Source: an uncultured delta proteobacterium (lineage in GTDB: Bacteria; Myxococcota_A; Polyangia; Fen-1088). Taken from it: a stretch of 64,000 bases of DNA. Location of the stretch: assembly GCA_963767925.1 (NCBI GenBank), contig CAVYGB010000002.1, forward strand, positions 1,088,001-1,152,000. The letters are read 5' to 3'. Of the stretch, positions 51,666-60,913 are shown piece by piece; position 1 is the first letter of the stretch, and each line of letters opens with the position of its first letter. The translations under genes and the position numbers were made by a program. The notes under the pieces were generated by a model. The model saw only the letters and a program-made list of their open reading frames with translations, was not told the origin of the DNA and did no database searches.

Positions 51666-52253
51666 TCAGCGCGCGGGCGCGGCCGGGGCGGTGGGATCGC
51701 GGTAGAGATCGTCCACCGAGAGCTCGACCTCGACCGACGCCAGGTGGACGCTCTGCCCGGCGGTGGCCTCGGCGAAGGTCCAGCGGCCGTCGGAAAGGCG
51801 GCGGAAGACCTCGATCCGGCGCTCCTTCTGCGAGACCAGCACGTACTCTTGCAGGGATTCGAGCTGGCGGTAGTGGGCGAACCTCTCGCCGCGATCGCTG
51901 GCCTCGGTCGAGTCGGACAGCACCTCGAGCAGCAGGGTGGGGTTGGCGATGGACTCCGGATCTTCCGGGGTGGACGCGGCGGGACCACAGACCACCGTGA
52001 CGTCCGGATAGGTCGTGCGGTCGGTGGCCGCCACCCGCACCCGCACGTCGGAGGAGTAGACCACGCAGGGTCGCCCCCGCAGGGCGATCCCCAGGGCGAC
52101 CGTGGAAGCTGCGGTGAGGCGCGCGTGCTCACGGGTGCCGCCCGCCATCGCCCAGACCTCACCGCTCAGGTATTCGTGCTTCTCCTCGCTCTGCGCTTCG
52201 AGCGTCAGGTAGGCGGGATAGCTCATGCGCGGCAAGGGCAAGGGCTGGCCCAT
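51666..52253 (-). CDS. Uma2/DUF820 family PD-(D/E)xK protein
   Basis: HEYLSGEVWAMAGG..H, YPDVTVVC, EVLSDSTEASDRG, SLQEYVLVSQ. Confidence 0.92.
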   Translation of the reverse strand: MGQPLPLPRMSYPAYLTLEAQSEEKHEYLSGEVWAMAGGTREHARLTAASTVALGIALRGRPCVVYSSDVRVRVAATDRTTYPDVTVVCGPAASTPEDPESIANPTLLLEVLSDSTEASDRGERFAHYRQLESLQEYVLVSQKERRIEVFRRLSDGRWTFAEATAGQSVHLASVEVELSVDDLYRDPTAPAAPAR

Positions 52254-52451
52254 GGCGGGAGGATACCAGCCCGGCCAGGAGGTATCAGGCGGACGTACCA
52301 GCGGGGCGGGGCGGGTGGGGCGCGGACGGGGCGGCGCGGGCGGGGCGGCGCGGGTGGAATCGACGCGATGACTTTGGGGTTGTGAATCGGGGTGGGCGGA
52401 ACTTTTTGGGGGGGTGGGGGTAATTGGGGGGTGAGGGTGGTTACGCCAGGC

Positions 52452-53021
52452 ATGTCGACCGAGGTTGCTCCCGATGACGCCGCGTTGTGGCGGCGGATCT
52501 GTGCGGGGGACGAGGCGGCGTTCGTGGGGATGTACCGGCAACATGCGCCGCGGCTGTTCCGGTTCGCGGCGCGGCTGACCGGGTCGGGGGCCCTGGCCGA
52601 GGACGTCCTGCAGGACGTGTTCGTGGGGCTGATGGACGCCGCCGCCCGGCCGGGGTCCGGGTACGACCCCGCGCGCGGGGCGCTGCGGTCGTACCTGTTC
52701 GGGGCCGTCCGGAACCGCGCCAGCAAGGGCCTGCGCGAGGCGAGCGTGCGCAGGCTGGACGCGGGTGAGCCTGTCGCCATCGGGCGGCGAACCGACGACG
52801 ACGACAAGGCCCTCAAGGACGCCCTGCTGCAGCTCTCGCCCGACTTCCGGGAGGTGATCCTGCTGTGCGAGCTGGAGGGCCTGCGCTACGAGGAGGCCGC
52901 CGAGGCGCTGGGCATCCCGGTCGGCACCGTGCGCTCGCGCCTGGCGAGAGGGCGCGCGCGCCTGGTCGCGCTGCTGGCCGACGAGCCCGAGACCGATCAC
53001 GTGCGCAAGGAGGCGCGATGA
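52452..53021 (+). CDS. ECF sigma-70 factor
   Basis: GDEAAF, AEDVLQDVF, YDPARG.LRSYL, YEEAAEALGIPVGTVRSRLARGR. Confidence 0.93.
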   Translation: MSTEVAPDDAALWRRICAGDEAAFVGMYRQHAPRLFRFAARLTGSGALAEDVLQDVFVGLMDAAARPGSGYDPARGALRSYLFGAVRNRASKGLREASVRRLDAGEPVAIGRRTDDDDKALKDALLQLSPDFREVILLCELEGLRYEEAAEALGIPVGTVRSRLARGRARLVALLADEPETDHVRKEAR

Positions 53022-53776
53022 GCGCGACGACCCGACCGATGACCTGCGACGATCTCGACCCCCTGGCCCGGGACGCCGCCCGCGGCGCCCTGGACGACGC
53101 GCTCCTGGCGCGCGTGCACGCGCACCTGCGCGGCTGCGGCACCTGCGCCGACCGCCTCGAGCAAGAACGTCGCCTCGACGCCCGCCTGACCGCCCTGTCG
53201 GCCAGCGCGCCGCCCAGCCCGCCCCCCGCGCTGGAGCAGCGCCTGACCCACAGCTTCCGCGCGCGCTTCACGGGGCCGGTTCCGGCGGCCCCGGCGGCTC
53301 CGGACGGCGTTCGGCCCGAGCGCGCGACCGGGGCGCGTGGCGGGACCTGGGGGTGGCGCGCGTGGCTGGCGGTGGGGAGCTTTACGCTGGCCGCGGGGGT
53401 GATGGCGCTGCTGGTGCTGGCACCCGGGCGGGAGCCGGAGCGCGCGGTCGTCTCGCATGAGCGGTCCGGGGTTCCGGCGGCGGTGGAGGAGCGGCCGGCC
53501 GTACCGGTGCGGGCGCCGGGGGAGGTGGGGCGCGTGGCGGCGGGGCCTCCTTTCGTGGCGCTGGGGTGGGATGGGGCCGACCGGCCGATCGAGCTCGGCC
53601 GCATCACCCGCGTGCACATGCCGACCGCGCTGGCCGTCCGCTTCGGCTGGCCGCTGCTGCCCGATGCGCCCGACGCGCGGATCGCCGCCGACGTGCTGGT
53701 CGGCGAGGACGGCACCGCCCGCGCCCTCCGCTTCCTCCCCGCGACCTTCACCCCCCTCGCCCACCCGAGGCCCTGA
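53018..53776 (+). CDS. Zinc-binding (ZAS) anti-sigma factor
   Basis: ATGA overlap with the sigma gene; HLRGCGTC; TM; ADVLVGEDGTARALRF. Confidence 0.88.
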   Translation: MSATTRPMTCDDLDPLARDAARGALDDALLARVHAHLRGCGTCADRLEQERRLDARLTALSASAPPSPPPALEQRLTHSFRARFTGPVPAAPAAPDGVRPERATGARGGTWGWRAWLAVGSFTLAAGVMALLVLAPGREPERAVVSHERSGVPAAVEERPAVPVRAPGEVGRVAAGPPFVALGWDGADRPIELGRITRVHMPTALAVRFGWPLLPDAPDARIAADVLVGEDGTARALRFLPATFTPLAHPRP

Positions 53777-53895
53777 GCCGGAGCCCCAGCCGGACACACC
53801 GTCCCCGCCATCGACACCGCCGTGCCGTCAACCCCAGCACCATTTCCGATAGCGACAGCGCTTTCCTGTCCATCCCATCTGCAAAAGGAGCGACC

Positions 53896-54966
53896 ATGAA
53901 ACGAAGCACCCGGCGAAAGACGCTGTTCCTCTCTCTCGTGATCCCCGGCCTGGCGGTCGGCAGCGGCGAGCTGCTCGCCCAGAGCGCGACGCCCGGGCCC
54001 GGGCTGCAGCGGCGCCAGGTGATCGACGACGTCACGGTGACCGCGGGCGACGGCGCTCCCGGCGAGCGGGTGGAGCGGCACGTGCGGGTCATCGCTGGTC
54101 CCGGCGGGGGCGACAACGCCCTCGGCTTCTCCTGGCTGGGCCAGGCCCTCGACGGCAAGCCGATGAAAGGCGCCCCCTTCTCCGCCACCGCGGTCACCGA
54201 GATCGAGCAGCCGCTCGCCGACGGCAACCGCATCCGGCAGAAGTCCAGCGCGGCGCTGGCCCGGGACACCGCCGGGCGCACCCGGCGCGAGGTCGCGCTC
54301 GGCGCGGTCGGCCCCTTGCTGGCCACCGGCACGCCCCACCGGCTCGTCCACCTCCACGACCCGGCCAGCGACACCAGCACCACCCTCGACCCCGAGCGCA
54401 AGCTCGCCTTCCGGATGAAGCGGGGCGAGGGCAAGGTCCGCCGCCTGCGCGTCCCGGGCCCGCCCCCCGCCGGCGCCCCCGCGACCGCCCCCGCCCCGGG
54501 CGTCGACCTCGAGCAGGACGTGATGTTCAACCTGCCCCTGCCCGACCCCACCGCCGGCATGGACGCGCGCATGGCGATCAAGGTGCTGGACGCCCTGCCC
54601 CCCGACGCCCCCAGACCGGTCCGCGAGGACCTCGGCACCCAGACCGTCGAGGGCGTCGCCGCCCAGGGCCAGCGCACCACCGTGACCATCCCCGCCGGCA
54701 AGATCGGCAACGAGCGCCCGCTGGTGACCGTCAGCGAGCGCTGGTTCTCGCCCGACCTCGGCGTGGTGGTCATGAGCCGCCACAGCGACCCCCGCTTCGG
54801 TACCACCACCTACCGCCTCACCAACCTCGACCGCCGCGAGCCCCCCACCGCCCAGTTCGAGGTCCCCCCCGACTACAAGCTGGAAGACGGCCCGGTGGTC
54901 ATCGAAAAGCGCATCATCCGCGGGGGTAAAGCCGGGGACAAAAGCGACAGCAAGGACCTGCGCTAA
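53896..54966 (+). CDS. Secreted hypothetical protein (likely ECF target)
   Basis: AAGGAG RBS, signal peptide; KGAPFSA...LADGNRI...RD.AGRTRRE...EDLG...IPAGKIGNE...DPRFG...FEVPPDY. Confidence 0.82.
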   Translation: MKRSTRRKTLFLSLVIPGLAVGSGELLAQSATPGPGLQRRQVIDDVTVTAGDGAPGERVERHVRVIAGPGGGDNALGFSWLGQALDGKPMKGAPFSATAVTEIEQPLADGNRIRQKSSAALARDTAGRTRREVALGAVGPLLATGTPHRLVHLHDPASDTSTTLDPERKLAFRMKRGEGKVRRLRVPGPPPAGAPATAPAPGVDLEQDVMFNLPLPDPTAGMDARMAIKVLDALPPDAPRPVREDLGTQTVEGVAAQGQRTTVTIPAGKIGNERPLVTVSERWFSPDLGVVVMSRHSDPRFGTTTYRLTNLDRREPPTAQFEVPPDYKLEDGPVVIEKRIIRGGKAGDKSDSKDLR

Positions 54967-54977
54967 CATCGAGGGGC

Positions 54978-55718
54978 GTGAGCAGGTCGAACTATCGGGC
55001 CGACCTCGCGGCGATTCACCACGAGGGGTTCGGCGAGCTGGTGCGCAAGGCGGCGCCCGTCCTGCTCGCCGCCCTCCGCAAGGCGGGTCTGCGGCGGGGC
55101 CCCGTCATCGACCTGGGGTGCGGCAGCGGCCTCCTCCTGCACGAGCTGGCCCGCGCCGGCTACCAGCCGATCGGCATCGACCCCTCGGCCGCCATGCTCG
55201 ACCTGGCCCGGAGGATCGAGCCCCGGGCCAGCCTGCGCCGGGCCTCGGCCCACCGGGCGGCGTTGCCCCCCTGCCAGGCCGTGACCGCCCTCGGCGAGGC
55301 GCTGCAATACCTCCCCTCCGAACGCTCCCCCGCCCCCTCCTTCCCCGCCCTGTTCGGCAAGGTCGCCCGCGCCCTGCCCCCCGGCGGGCTGTTCGTGTTC
55401 GACCTGCTTGTCGCCGAGGGCGGACCACCGATGGCCTACCGCACGTTCCGGCAGGGGCGCACCTGGGTGGTGCTGATCGAGGTGGAGGAAGACCGCGAGC
55501 GCGGCCGCCTGTACCGGAACATCACCACCTTCCGCCGGGAAGGCTCGCACTACCGCCGCGGCCAGGAGCGCCACGTCCTGCAGATCCCGGAACGGGCCGC
55601 CATCGAAGCGGCCCTGCGCGCCGCCGGCTTCGAGGTGCGCACCCGCCGCGCCTACGGCACCGCCCGCCTCCTCCCCCGCCGCCTCGCCTTCTGGGCAAAG
55701 AAGCCGCCCCGGGGTTAG
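54978..55718 (+). CDS. Class I SAM-dependent methyltransferase
   Basis: IDLGCGSG, GIDPSAAM, LPPGGLFVFD. Confidence 0.9.
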   Translation: MSRSNYRADLAAIHHEGFGELVRKAAPVLLAALRKAGLRRGPVIDLGCGSGLLLHELARAGYQPIGIDPSAAMLDLARRIEPRASLRRASAHRAALPPCQAVTALGEALQYLPSERSPAPSFPALFGKVARALPPGGLFVFDLLVAEGGPPMAYRTFRQGRTWVVLIEVEEDRERGRLYRNITTFRREGSHYRRGQERHVLQIPERAAIEAALRAAGFEVRTRRAYGTARLLPRRLAFWAKKPPRG

Positions 55719-55767
55719 CGGAGGTCAGGCCAGGCGCCCCCACCCGATGCGCGACCGAGCGCGCACA

Positions 55768-57000
55768 TCAGCGGCGGGGTTTGGCCTTCTTGCGGCCGGC
55801 CCGGCGGGCGGGCTCCTTCTTCTTGGCGTCGGCGGGCTCGGGCTGCGCCTGCAGGGGGCCCTGGTCCTTTTTCAGGGCATCGACCGCCTGCTTGACCACA
55901 CCCTCCTTCTTCGGCGCGGTCTGCGGCGGCAGGTGGCGGAAGCCGGACTGCAGGCCGATGACGAAGGCGTTGCGGACCACGCCCAGCAAGGTCGGCACGA
56001 GCTGCACCTCCGGGCTGTCGATCGTCCCCTTGATGGGGATGATGGTCGCCACGGCGTCGCGACCGGGCTCGTCGTCCGAGAGCAGCTCGATGGCGGCGTC
56101 GGCGAAGAAGGTCTTGAGCCGGGTGCCGAGATCCTCCTTCGCCGCCGCGAGCTCGATGTTCTCGAAGACCGGCTTGACGCCCCCCTTGAGCACGCCGTTC
56201 TTGGCCTGGACCTCGACGAACACGTTGATCTCCCCCGCCACCGGGCGCATCTCCGCGTTCTCGGCGAGGAAGGCGTACAGCTCCTGCACCTTCAGGTTCT
56301 CGAGGGACCCCTCGGCGGTGAAGGTCGGCTTGAGGGACCAGGGATCCATCGCCCCGGTCACCTTCAGCACGCCGCTGCGCTGGACCTGACCGCTGACCCG
56401 CAAGGTGGCCGGCTCACCCTCCATGAGGGCTTTTCGGGTGGCCAGGTTGGTGGCGACCAGGTCGATGCCGTGCAACCAGAGCTGGGGCGCCTTCTTCCCC
56501 TTGCCTTGCGCGAGCAGCACCTCGCCGTCCTCGATCTCGATGCGGTCGATCTTCAGCGGCGCCACCCCTTCCATCTGCCTGGCGATCGAGGGCGCCTTCT
56601 CCGCCTTCTCCTCGTGGCTGCGCACCGCCACCGCCTTGGGCTTCTCCAGCACCACCCGCCCCACCAGGTGGCCGCGCAGCAGCTCGCGCCACAGGACGCT
56701 CACCCGCGCCCGCTCGACGAAGGCCAGCGGTTCGTCCCAGCGCCCCCCCGGCTCCTCGATCAGCTTGAAGCGCGTGATCTCGTAGGCCGGCGGCAGCACC
56801 GAGACGTGGACGTCGGAGAACGCCGCCTTGAACCCGGGCGACCTGGCCAGCGTCCGCGCGGTGAACCAGGCCGCCACCGGGTCGAGCACCACGCGCACGA
56901 CGACGAGGAGCACCACCAGCGTCCCCACCACCCAGAGCAACCGCCGCACCCCCCGCCTGCGTCGCCGGGGCGGGGTCCCTGCTGGTTCTTGCCCATCCAT
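55768..57000 (-). CDS. DUF748/AsmA-like protein
   Basis: N-terminal TM; GGVKP, VATIIPIKG, GVVRNAF; AAGGAG RBS. Confidence 0.8.
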   Translation of the reverse strand: MDGQEPAGTPPRRRRRGVRRLLWVVGTLVVLLVVVRVVLDPVAAWFTARTLARSPGFKAAFSDVHVSVLPPAYEITRFKLIEEPGGRWDEPLAFVERARVSVLWRELLRGHLVGRVVLEKPKAVAVRSHEEKAEKAPSIARQMEGVAPLKIDRIEIEDGEVLLAQGKGKKAPQLWLHGIDLVATNLATRKALMEGEPATLRVSGQVQRSGVLKVTGAMDPWSLKPTFTAEGSLENLKVQELYAFLAENAEMRPVAGEINVFVEVQAKNGVLKGGVKPVFENIELAAAKEDLGTRLKTFFADAAIELLSDDEPGRDAVATIIPIKGTIDSPEVQLVPTLLGVVRNAFVIGLQSGFRHLPPQTAPKKEGVVKQAVDALKKDQGPLQAQPEPADAKKKEPARRAGRKKAKPRR

Positions 57001-57202
57001 ACTCTCCTTGCAATTCAGGATCCGTGCCCGCGGCCAACCCAATGTTTGAGCGGGTTTTTCGCATTTTTCGGGCGCGCGCCGTTACGCATGGGTAACGGGC
57101 CGCCGTTGCAGTCACCTTTGCGCCCCGTCACCTGCGCGCTGGCTGGACCGGGGCTGCCCCCGGGAGCACGCACCCCGGGAGCCCGGATGGCGCCCGCCGG
57201 CT

Positions 57203-58840
57203 TCACGAACCTTTCTCGTCCAGCTCGATCGCGCCGGTGTTGAGCAGCCGGACGAGGAAGCGACCGTTGCCTCGAAGGGCCTCGGCCGGGTCCTCGGGGG
57301 CAGCCGCCCGGGTCTCGACCGCGGAGAGGGCGAGGGCGAGCTCTCCGAGCGCGAGCGACCGCCCCCCCTGGAGCGCGCCGCTCACGATCTCGATCCGCCG
57401 CGGGTCCTCCGGGCTGCGGCCGCCGAGCAGCGTGGCGATCGACAGGGGATCACCGAGCCGCACCCGCTCGCCGGCCCGCAACGGGCGTGACCCCTGCGCG
57501 TCGAGCACCCGATCCAGCGGCACCAGCGGTCGGAAGGTCGCTTCACCCGGCCAGCGGGCCTGGGCCCGGGTCGCCACCTCGCCAAGAAAGTCGCCGTGGC
57601 GGCGCGCCACCTTGTCGATGCTGCGGGCCTCGGCGTCCCGGCGGGCGGCCTGACCCATGCGCTGGCGCAGCTCGGGCGCGCGCAGCTCGACCGCCCGCCG
57701 CACCAGCTGATCCCAGCGGCAGGAGACCAGCCGCCCTGCCGCCCGGGCCAGCGACACATGGGCCGTGCCGAACAGCGCCGAGGACAGGTGGGCCGGAGCA
57801 GGCGCCCAGCGCGTCTCGAGGACGAAGCCGTTGTCTCCGTCGCGCACCACCTCCGCCAGGCCCGCCCAGTCGGACACGACGACCGGCAGGGCGTGGGCCA
57901 TGGCCTCGTGGACCACCAGCGACGAGGTCTCCTCCACCCCGGTCGAGAGGTGCAAGAAGACGTCGGCCGCCGACATGAGCGCCGAGCGGGGGTCGGGCAG
58001 CAGCTCGTGCGGATCTTCGACGATGAGGACGCGGTTGGCCACCCCGGCCGCCCGGGCCGCCGCCCGCAGGTCGGCGAGGAAGCCGCGATCGACGGCCGCC
58101 CCCGAGAGCAGCAGGACCGCCTCCGGGAAGGCGGCGCTCACCTCCCGCCAGCGGCTGATCAGGGCCAGCGGATCGCCCTTGGTGCCCGGGCTGAGCCGGC
58201 TGTAGGCCAGGAAGACGACCTCGTCGTCGCGCAGGTGGAGCTGCCGGCGCGTGCTCTCCCGCAGCGCGGGCGACCGGCGGTTGGCGTCGACGTCGACGCC
58301 GTTGGGGATGACGGTGACCGGGTCGGGGAAGGCGGGCGCCTCGCGCAGGCGCTGAGCCCAGTCGGTCCACACCTCCCGGAACAGCTCCCGGGCGGCGATC
58401 GACTTGAAGATGAACCCGTCGCTGCCCCGGATCGCCCCGCTGGCCAGGCCCACCAGCAGGTGCGACCACTGGGCCGCGCTGTGGGCCGTCCCGATGCTGC
58501 AGACGACCGGCGCCCAGTCGTGCGCCGGGCGCAACACGTGGGGCGACGCGCTCATCTGCTCGCCGTTGGCGACGTAGATGGCCCGGTAGCGCTGGTCGGT
58601 GATCGTGAGGAACGGCTTCTGGAAGAGGCGCGTCGGCACCTCGGAGGGGAGCGCCAGCTCGCCCTCCCGGGCGATCAGCCGCGGCTCCTCCTGGAAGACG
58701 TGCAGCTCGGCGTAGTCGCCGAGGCGGGCGATCGCCCGGCACATGAGATAGGACGCGTGCGGCGTCCCGTAGGGCTCGCTGCCGCGTGGGCGCACGAACC
58801 CACCGATGATGGCCAGGTGGTCGCGGCGTTCTGCTGGCAT
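57203..58840 (-). CDS. Glycosyltransferase family 4 with C-terminal winged-helix-like extension
   Basis: VIPNGVD, SRLS..K, AADVF..EETSSLVVHEAMAHALPVVVSDW. Confidence 0.88.
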   Translation of the reverse strand: MPAERRDHLAIIGGFVRPRGSEPYGTPHASYLMCRAIARLGDYAELHVFQEEPRLIAREGELALPSEVPTRLFQKPFLTITDQRYRAIYVANGEQMSASPHVLRPAHDWAPVVCSIGTAHSAAQWSHLLVGLASGAIRGSDGFIFKSIAARELFREVWTDWAQRLREAPAFPDPVTVIPNGVDVDANRRSPALRESTRRQLHLRDDEVVFLAYSRLSPGTKGDPLALISRWREVSAAFPEAVLLLSGAAVDRGFLADLRAAARAAGVANRVLIVEDPHELLPDPRSALMSAADVFLHLSTGVEETSSLVVHEAMAHALPVVVSDWAGLAEVVRDGDNGFVLETRWAPAPAHLSSALFGTAHVSLARAAGRLVSCRWDQLVRRAVELRAPELRQRMGQAARRDAEARSIDKVARRHGDFLGEVATRAQARWPGEATFRPLVPLDRVLDAQGSRPLRAGERVRLGDPLSIATLLGGRSPEDPRRIEIVSGALQGGRSLALGELALALSAVETRAAAPEDPAEALRGNGRFLVRLLNTGAIELDEKGS

Positions 58841-58891
58841 CGGTCCTTCGGGCCCCGATCGCACCGGGGCCGGACGAACGCGCGCTGTCGG

Positions 58892-59170
58892 CTACGAGGA
58901 CTCCAGGTTCCACTGCAGCGACGGGGGAACCTCGGGGACGCTGATCGGCTCGATGTTGTCGATGAAGTTTTGCACGACATCCCCCAGGTAGTCGCACATC
59001 GAATCGGGCAGCTTGAGGTCCTCCTGACAGCCCTTCTCGATCAGGTCGTGGATGCCGTTGTTCTCGATGTCGCTTTCCTTCTGCTCGAGCGACTTCTTGT
59101 CGCTGGCGTCCTCGGGCGCCACGCACATGTTCTGACTACCGCTGCTGCCGCTGACTGCTCCTGCTCCCAT
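58892..59170 (-). CDS. Small acidic protein (92 aa)
   Basis: AAGGAG RBS 6 nt before ATG; GC3-biased codons; MGAGAVSGSSGSQNMC...WNLESS. Confidence 0.75.
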   Translation of the reverse strand: MGAGAVSGSSGSQNMCVAPEDASDKKSLEQKESDIENNGIHDLIEKGCQEDLKLPDSMCDYLGDVVQNFIDNIEPISVPEVPPSLQWNLESS

Positions 59171-59417
59171 CGTGTGCTCCTTCTCGGGTTTGGCGCCGAG
59201 GGTCTCGGCCTGCCCGCCCGACAGTTGCGCAACGATGCCCGAATCCCGCCGCTTCCCCCCGTAGCGATTGGTGACAGCGGCGCCGACGGCAGCGCAGGAC
59301 AGCTCAGCCGACAGTTTCGACAGGCGCGGATGTGGGCAAGACCAGGCGGTCTTCTCACCTCCTGCCACCGGTTTTGCGCCTTGTGCCCTGGCGTTCGATC
59401 CTTTCTAATAAAGGCGG

Positions 59418-60692
59418 GTGCGCCGTATTTCCAAGCTCGCGTGGGTCCTGGGGTTTGCTCTGGTTGGTGGCGGCTGCCGGGCGAACGGCGGCGGCGAGAG
59501 CCGCGTCCCTTCTGCGCCGGTCGCCGCGCCGAGCGCACCGGACACCGCCCCGGCCGCGCCACCTCCCCTGCCGCCGATGTCCTGCCGGCCCGACCCGACG
59601 CGCCCGCTGACCGTGGAGCCGGGGCGCGCCATCCACTGCGCCATCGACGTCGGCAGCCGCAACGTGAAGCTGGTCGTCAGCTCGGTCGTCGAAGGCCGCC
59701 CCACAAGCTTGCAGAACGAGCGGCAGTGCCGGGTGCGGCTGCAGCTCGCCGACAAGACCTACGACGCCCGCACCGGCAGCGCCCGGCCGCTGTCCCCCGC
59801 CGACCAGACCGCGCTCGCCACCCTGTTTCGCACCTACCGCACCCAGTGCGAGACCGACGGCGGCCGCCTGCACGGCGCCGTCGCCACCGAGTGGGCCCGC
59901 CGCGCCCCCAACGCCCAGGCGGTCAAGCGCGCCCTCGAAGAGGAGACGGGCGTGCGCATGGACATCCTCGACCGCGCCGCCGAGGTCCGCTACGGCTACC
60001 TCGCCGCCACCCGCGGCCTGCGCGGCCGGATGGTCCTCGACTTCGGCAGCCGCAGCCTGCAGCTCGCCTTATGGCCGCGCGGCCTGCCAGCGCCCGAAGG
60101 GGTCAGCGCCCAGCTCGGCATCGATGAGGCCGGCGATCGCTACTTCGCGCCGGCCGCCGCCCGCACCTACGCCGAGGGCCGCCGCGCGCTCGAGCCGGTG
60201 CTGCGCGCGGCCCTGGCCCCCGTGCTGGCGAGCGCCCGCACGGGCCTGCGCAAGAAGGTCCTGGCCCCCGAGCTGGTCTCCCTCGGCGAAAACGGCGACC
60301 TGGCCCTGGCCGTCGCCGGCAAGCTGTGGAGCGGCTCGCCCGTGCGGCCGGTGAGCGAGAGCGCCTACGCCTCGGCGGTGAAGGCCTGGAGCCTGCAGGC
60401 CGACCCCCGCTACGGCAAGGTCACCGCCGTCCTCACCGCCGCGCCCGTCCGGGCCATCGAGCGCGCGCTGGAAGTCAACCAGGGTCTGTTCGACGAGCTC
60501 CGCAGCCCCAACCTGAGGCGGGCCTACGGCAACAAGCTGCTGGTCTTCCCGGTGCTGGCCCGCCTGCTCGAGCAGGAGCTGGGCATCACCACCATCGTGC
60601 TGGTCCCGCAAGAGATGGCCGACGGCTTCCTGATCGACAGCGCAGCCACCAGCACCCCCGACGCCGGCCCCCGCCCCACCGTCGCGCCCTAG
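59418..60692 (+). CDS. Ppx/GppA (ASKHA) family protein with lipoprotein signal
   Basis: LVGGGC lipobox; IDVGSRNVK, VATEWARRAPN, ILDRAAEVRYGY, LDFGSRSLQ. Confidence 0.8.
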   Translation: MRRISKLAWVLGFALVGGGCRANGGGESRVPSAPVAAPSAPDTAPAAPPPLPPMSCRPDPTRPLTVEPGRAIHCAIDVGSRNVKLVVSSVVEGRPTSLQNERQCRVRLQLADKTYDARTGSARPLSPADQTALATLFRTYRTQCETDGGRLHGAVATEWARRAPNAQAVKRALEEETGVRMDILDRAAEVRYGYLAATRGLRGRMVLDFGSRSLQLALWPRGLPAPEGVSAQLGIDEAGDRYFAPAAARTYAEGRRALEPVLRAALAPVLASARTGLRKKVLAPELVSLGENGDLALAVAGKLWSGSPVRPVSESAYASAVKAWSLQADPRYGKVTAVLTAAPVRAIERALEVNQGLFDELRSPNLRRAYGNKLLVFPVLARLLEQELGITTIVLVPQEMADGFLIDSAATSTPDAGPRPTVAP

Positions 60693-60750
60693 CCGGGATT
60701 ATTCACCAGCGGGGCGCCGCCGTCGAGACGCCGCGAACAGGGTGTCTGGC

Positions 60751-60795
60751 CCCGATTCGTTCCCGTTCCCGTTCCCGTTCCCGTTCCCGGACCCG
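60751..60795. repeat. Left inverted repeat, (CGTTCC)5 core
   Basis: Reverse complement of 62725-62768 with one indel. Confidence 0.9.
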
Positions 60796-60913
60796 TGCCC
60801 CGTACCCGCAACCTTAGAGCCAGCCGCTGAAACCTGTGGAGAATTTGCGCCGATGGGCGAAACGAGGTATCGAGGCCGGGACGCGTGCTCGTGGGCGTGT
60901 TCGAGCCCGTGTT

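Noticed and set aside
51666..52253. Uma2 nuclease as a defence system
   Set aside because: A solitary member of a family that is commonly expanded in such genomes; no partner genes.
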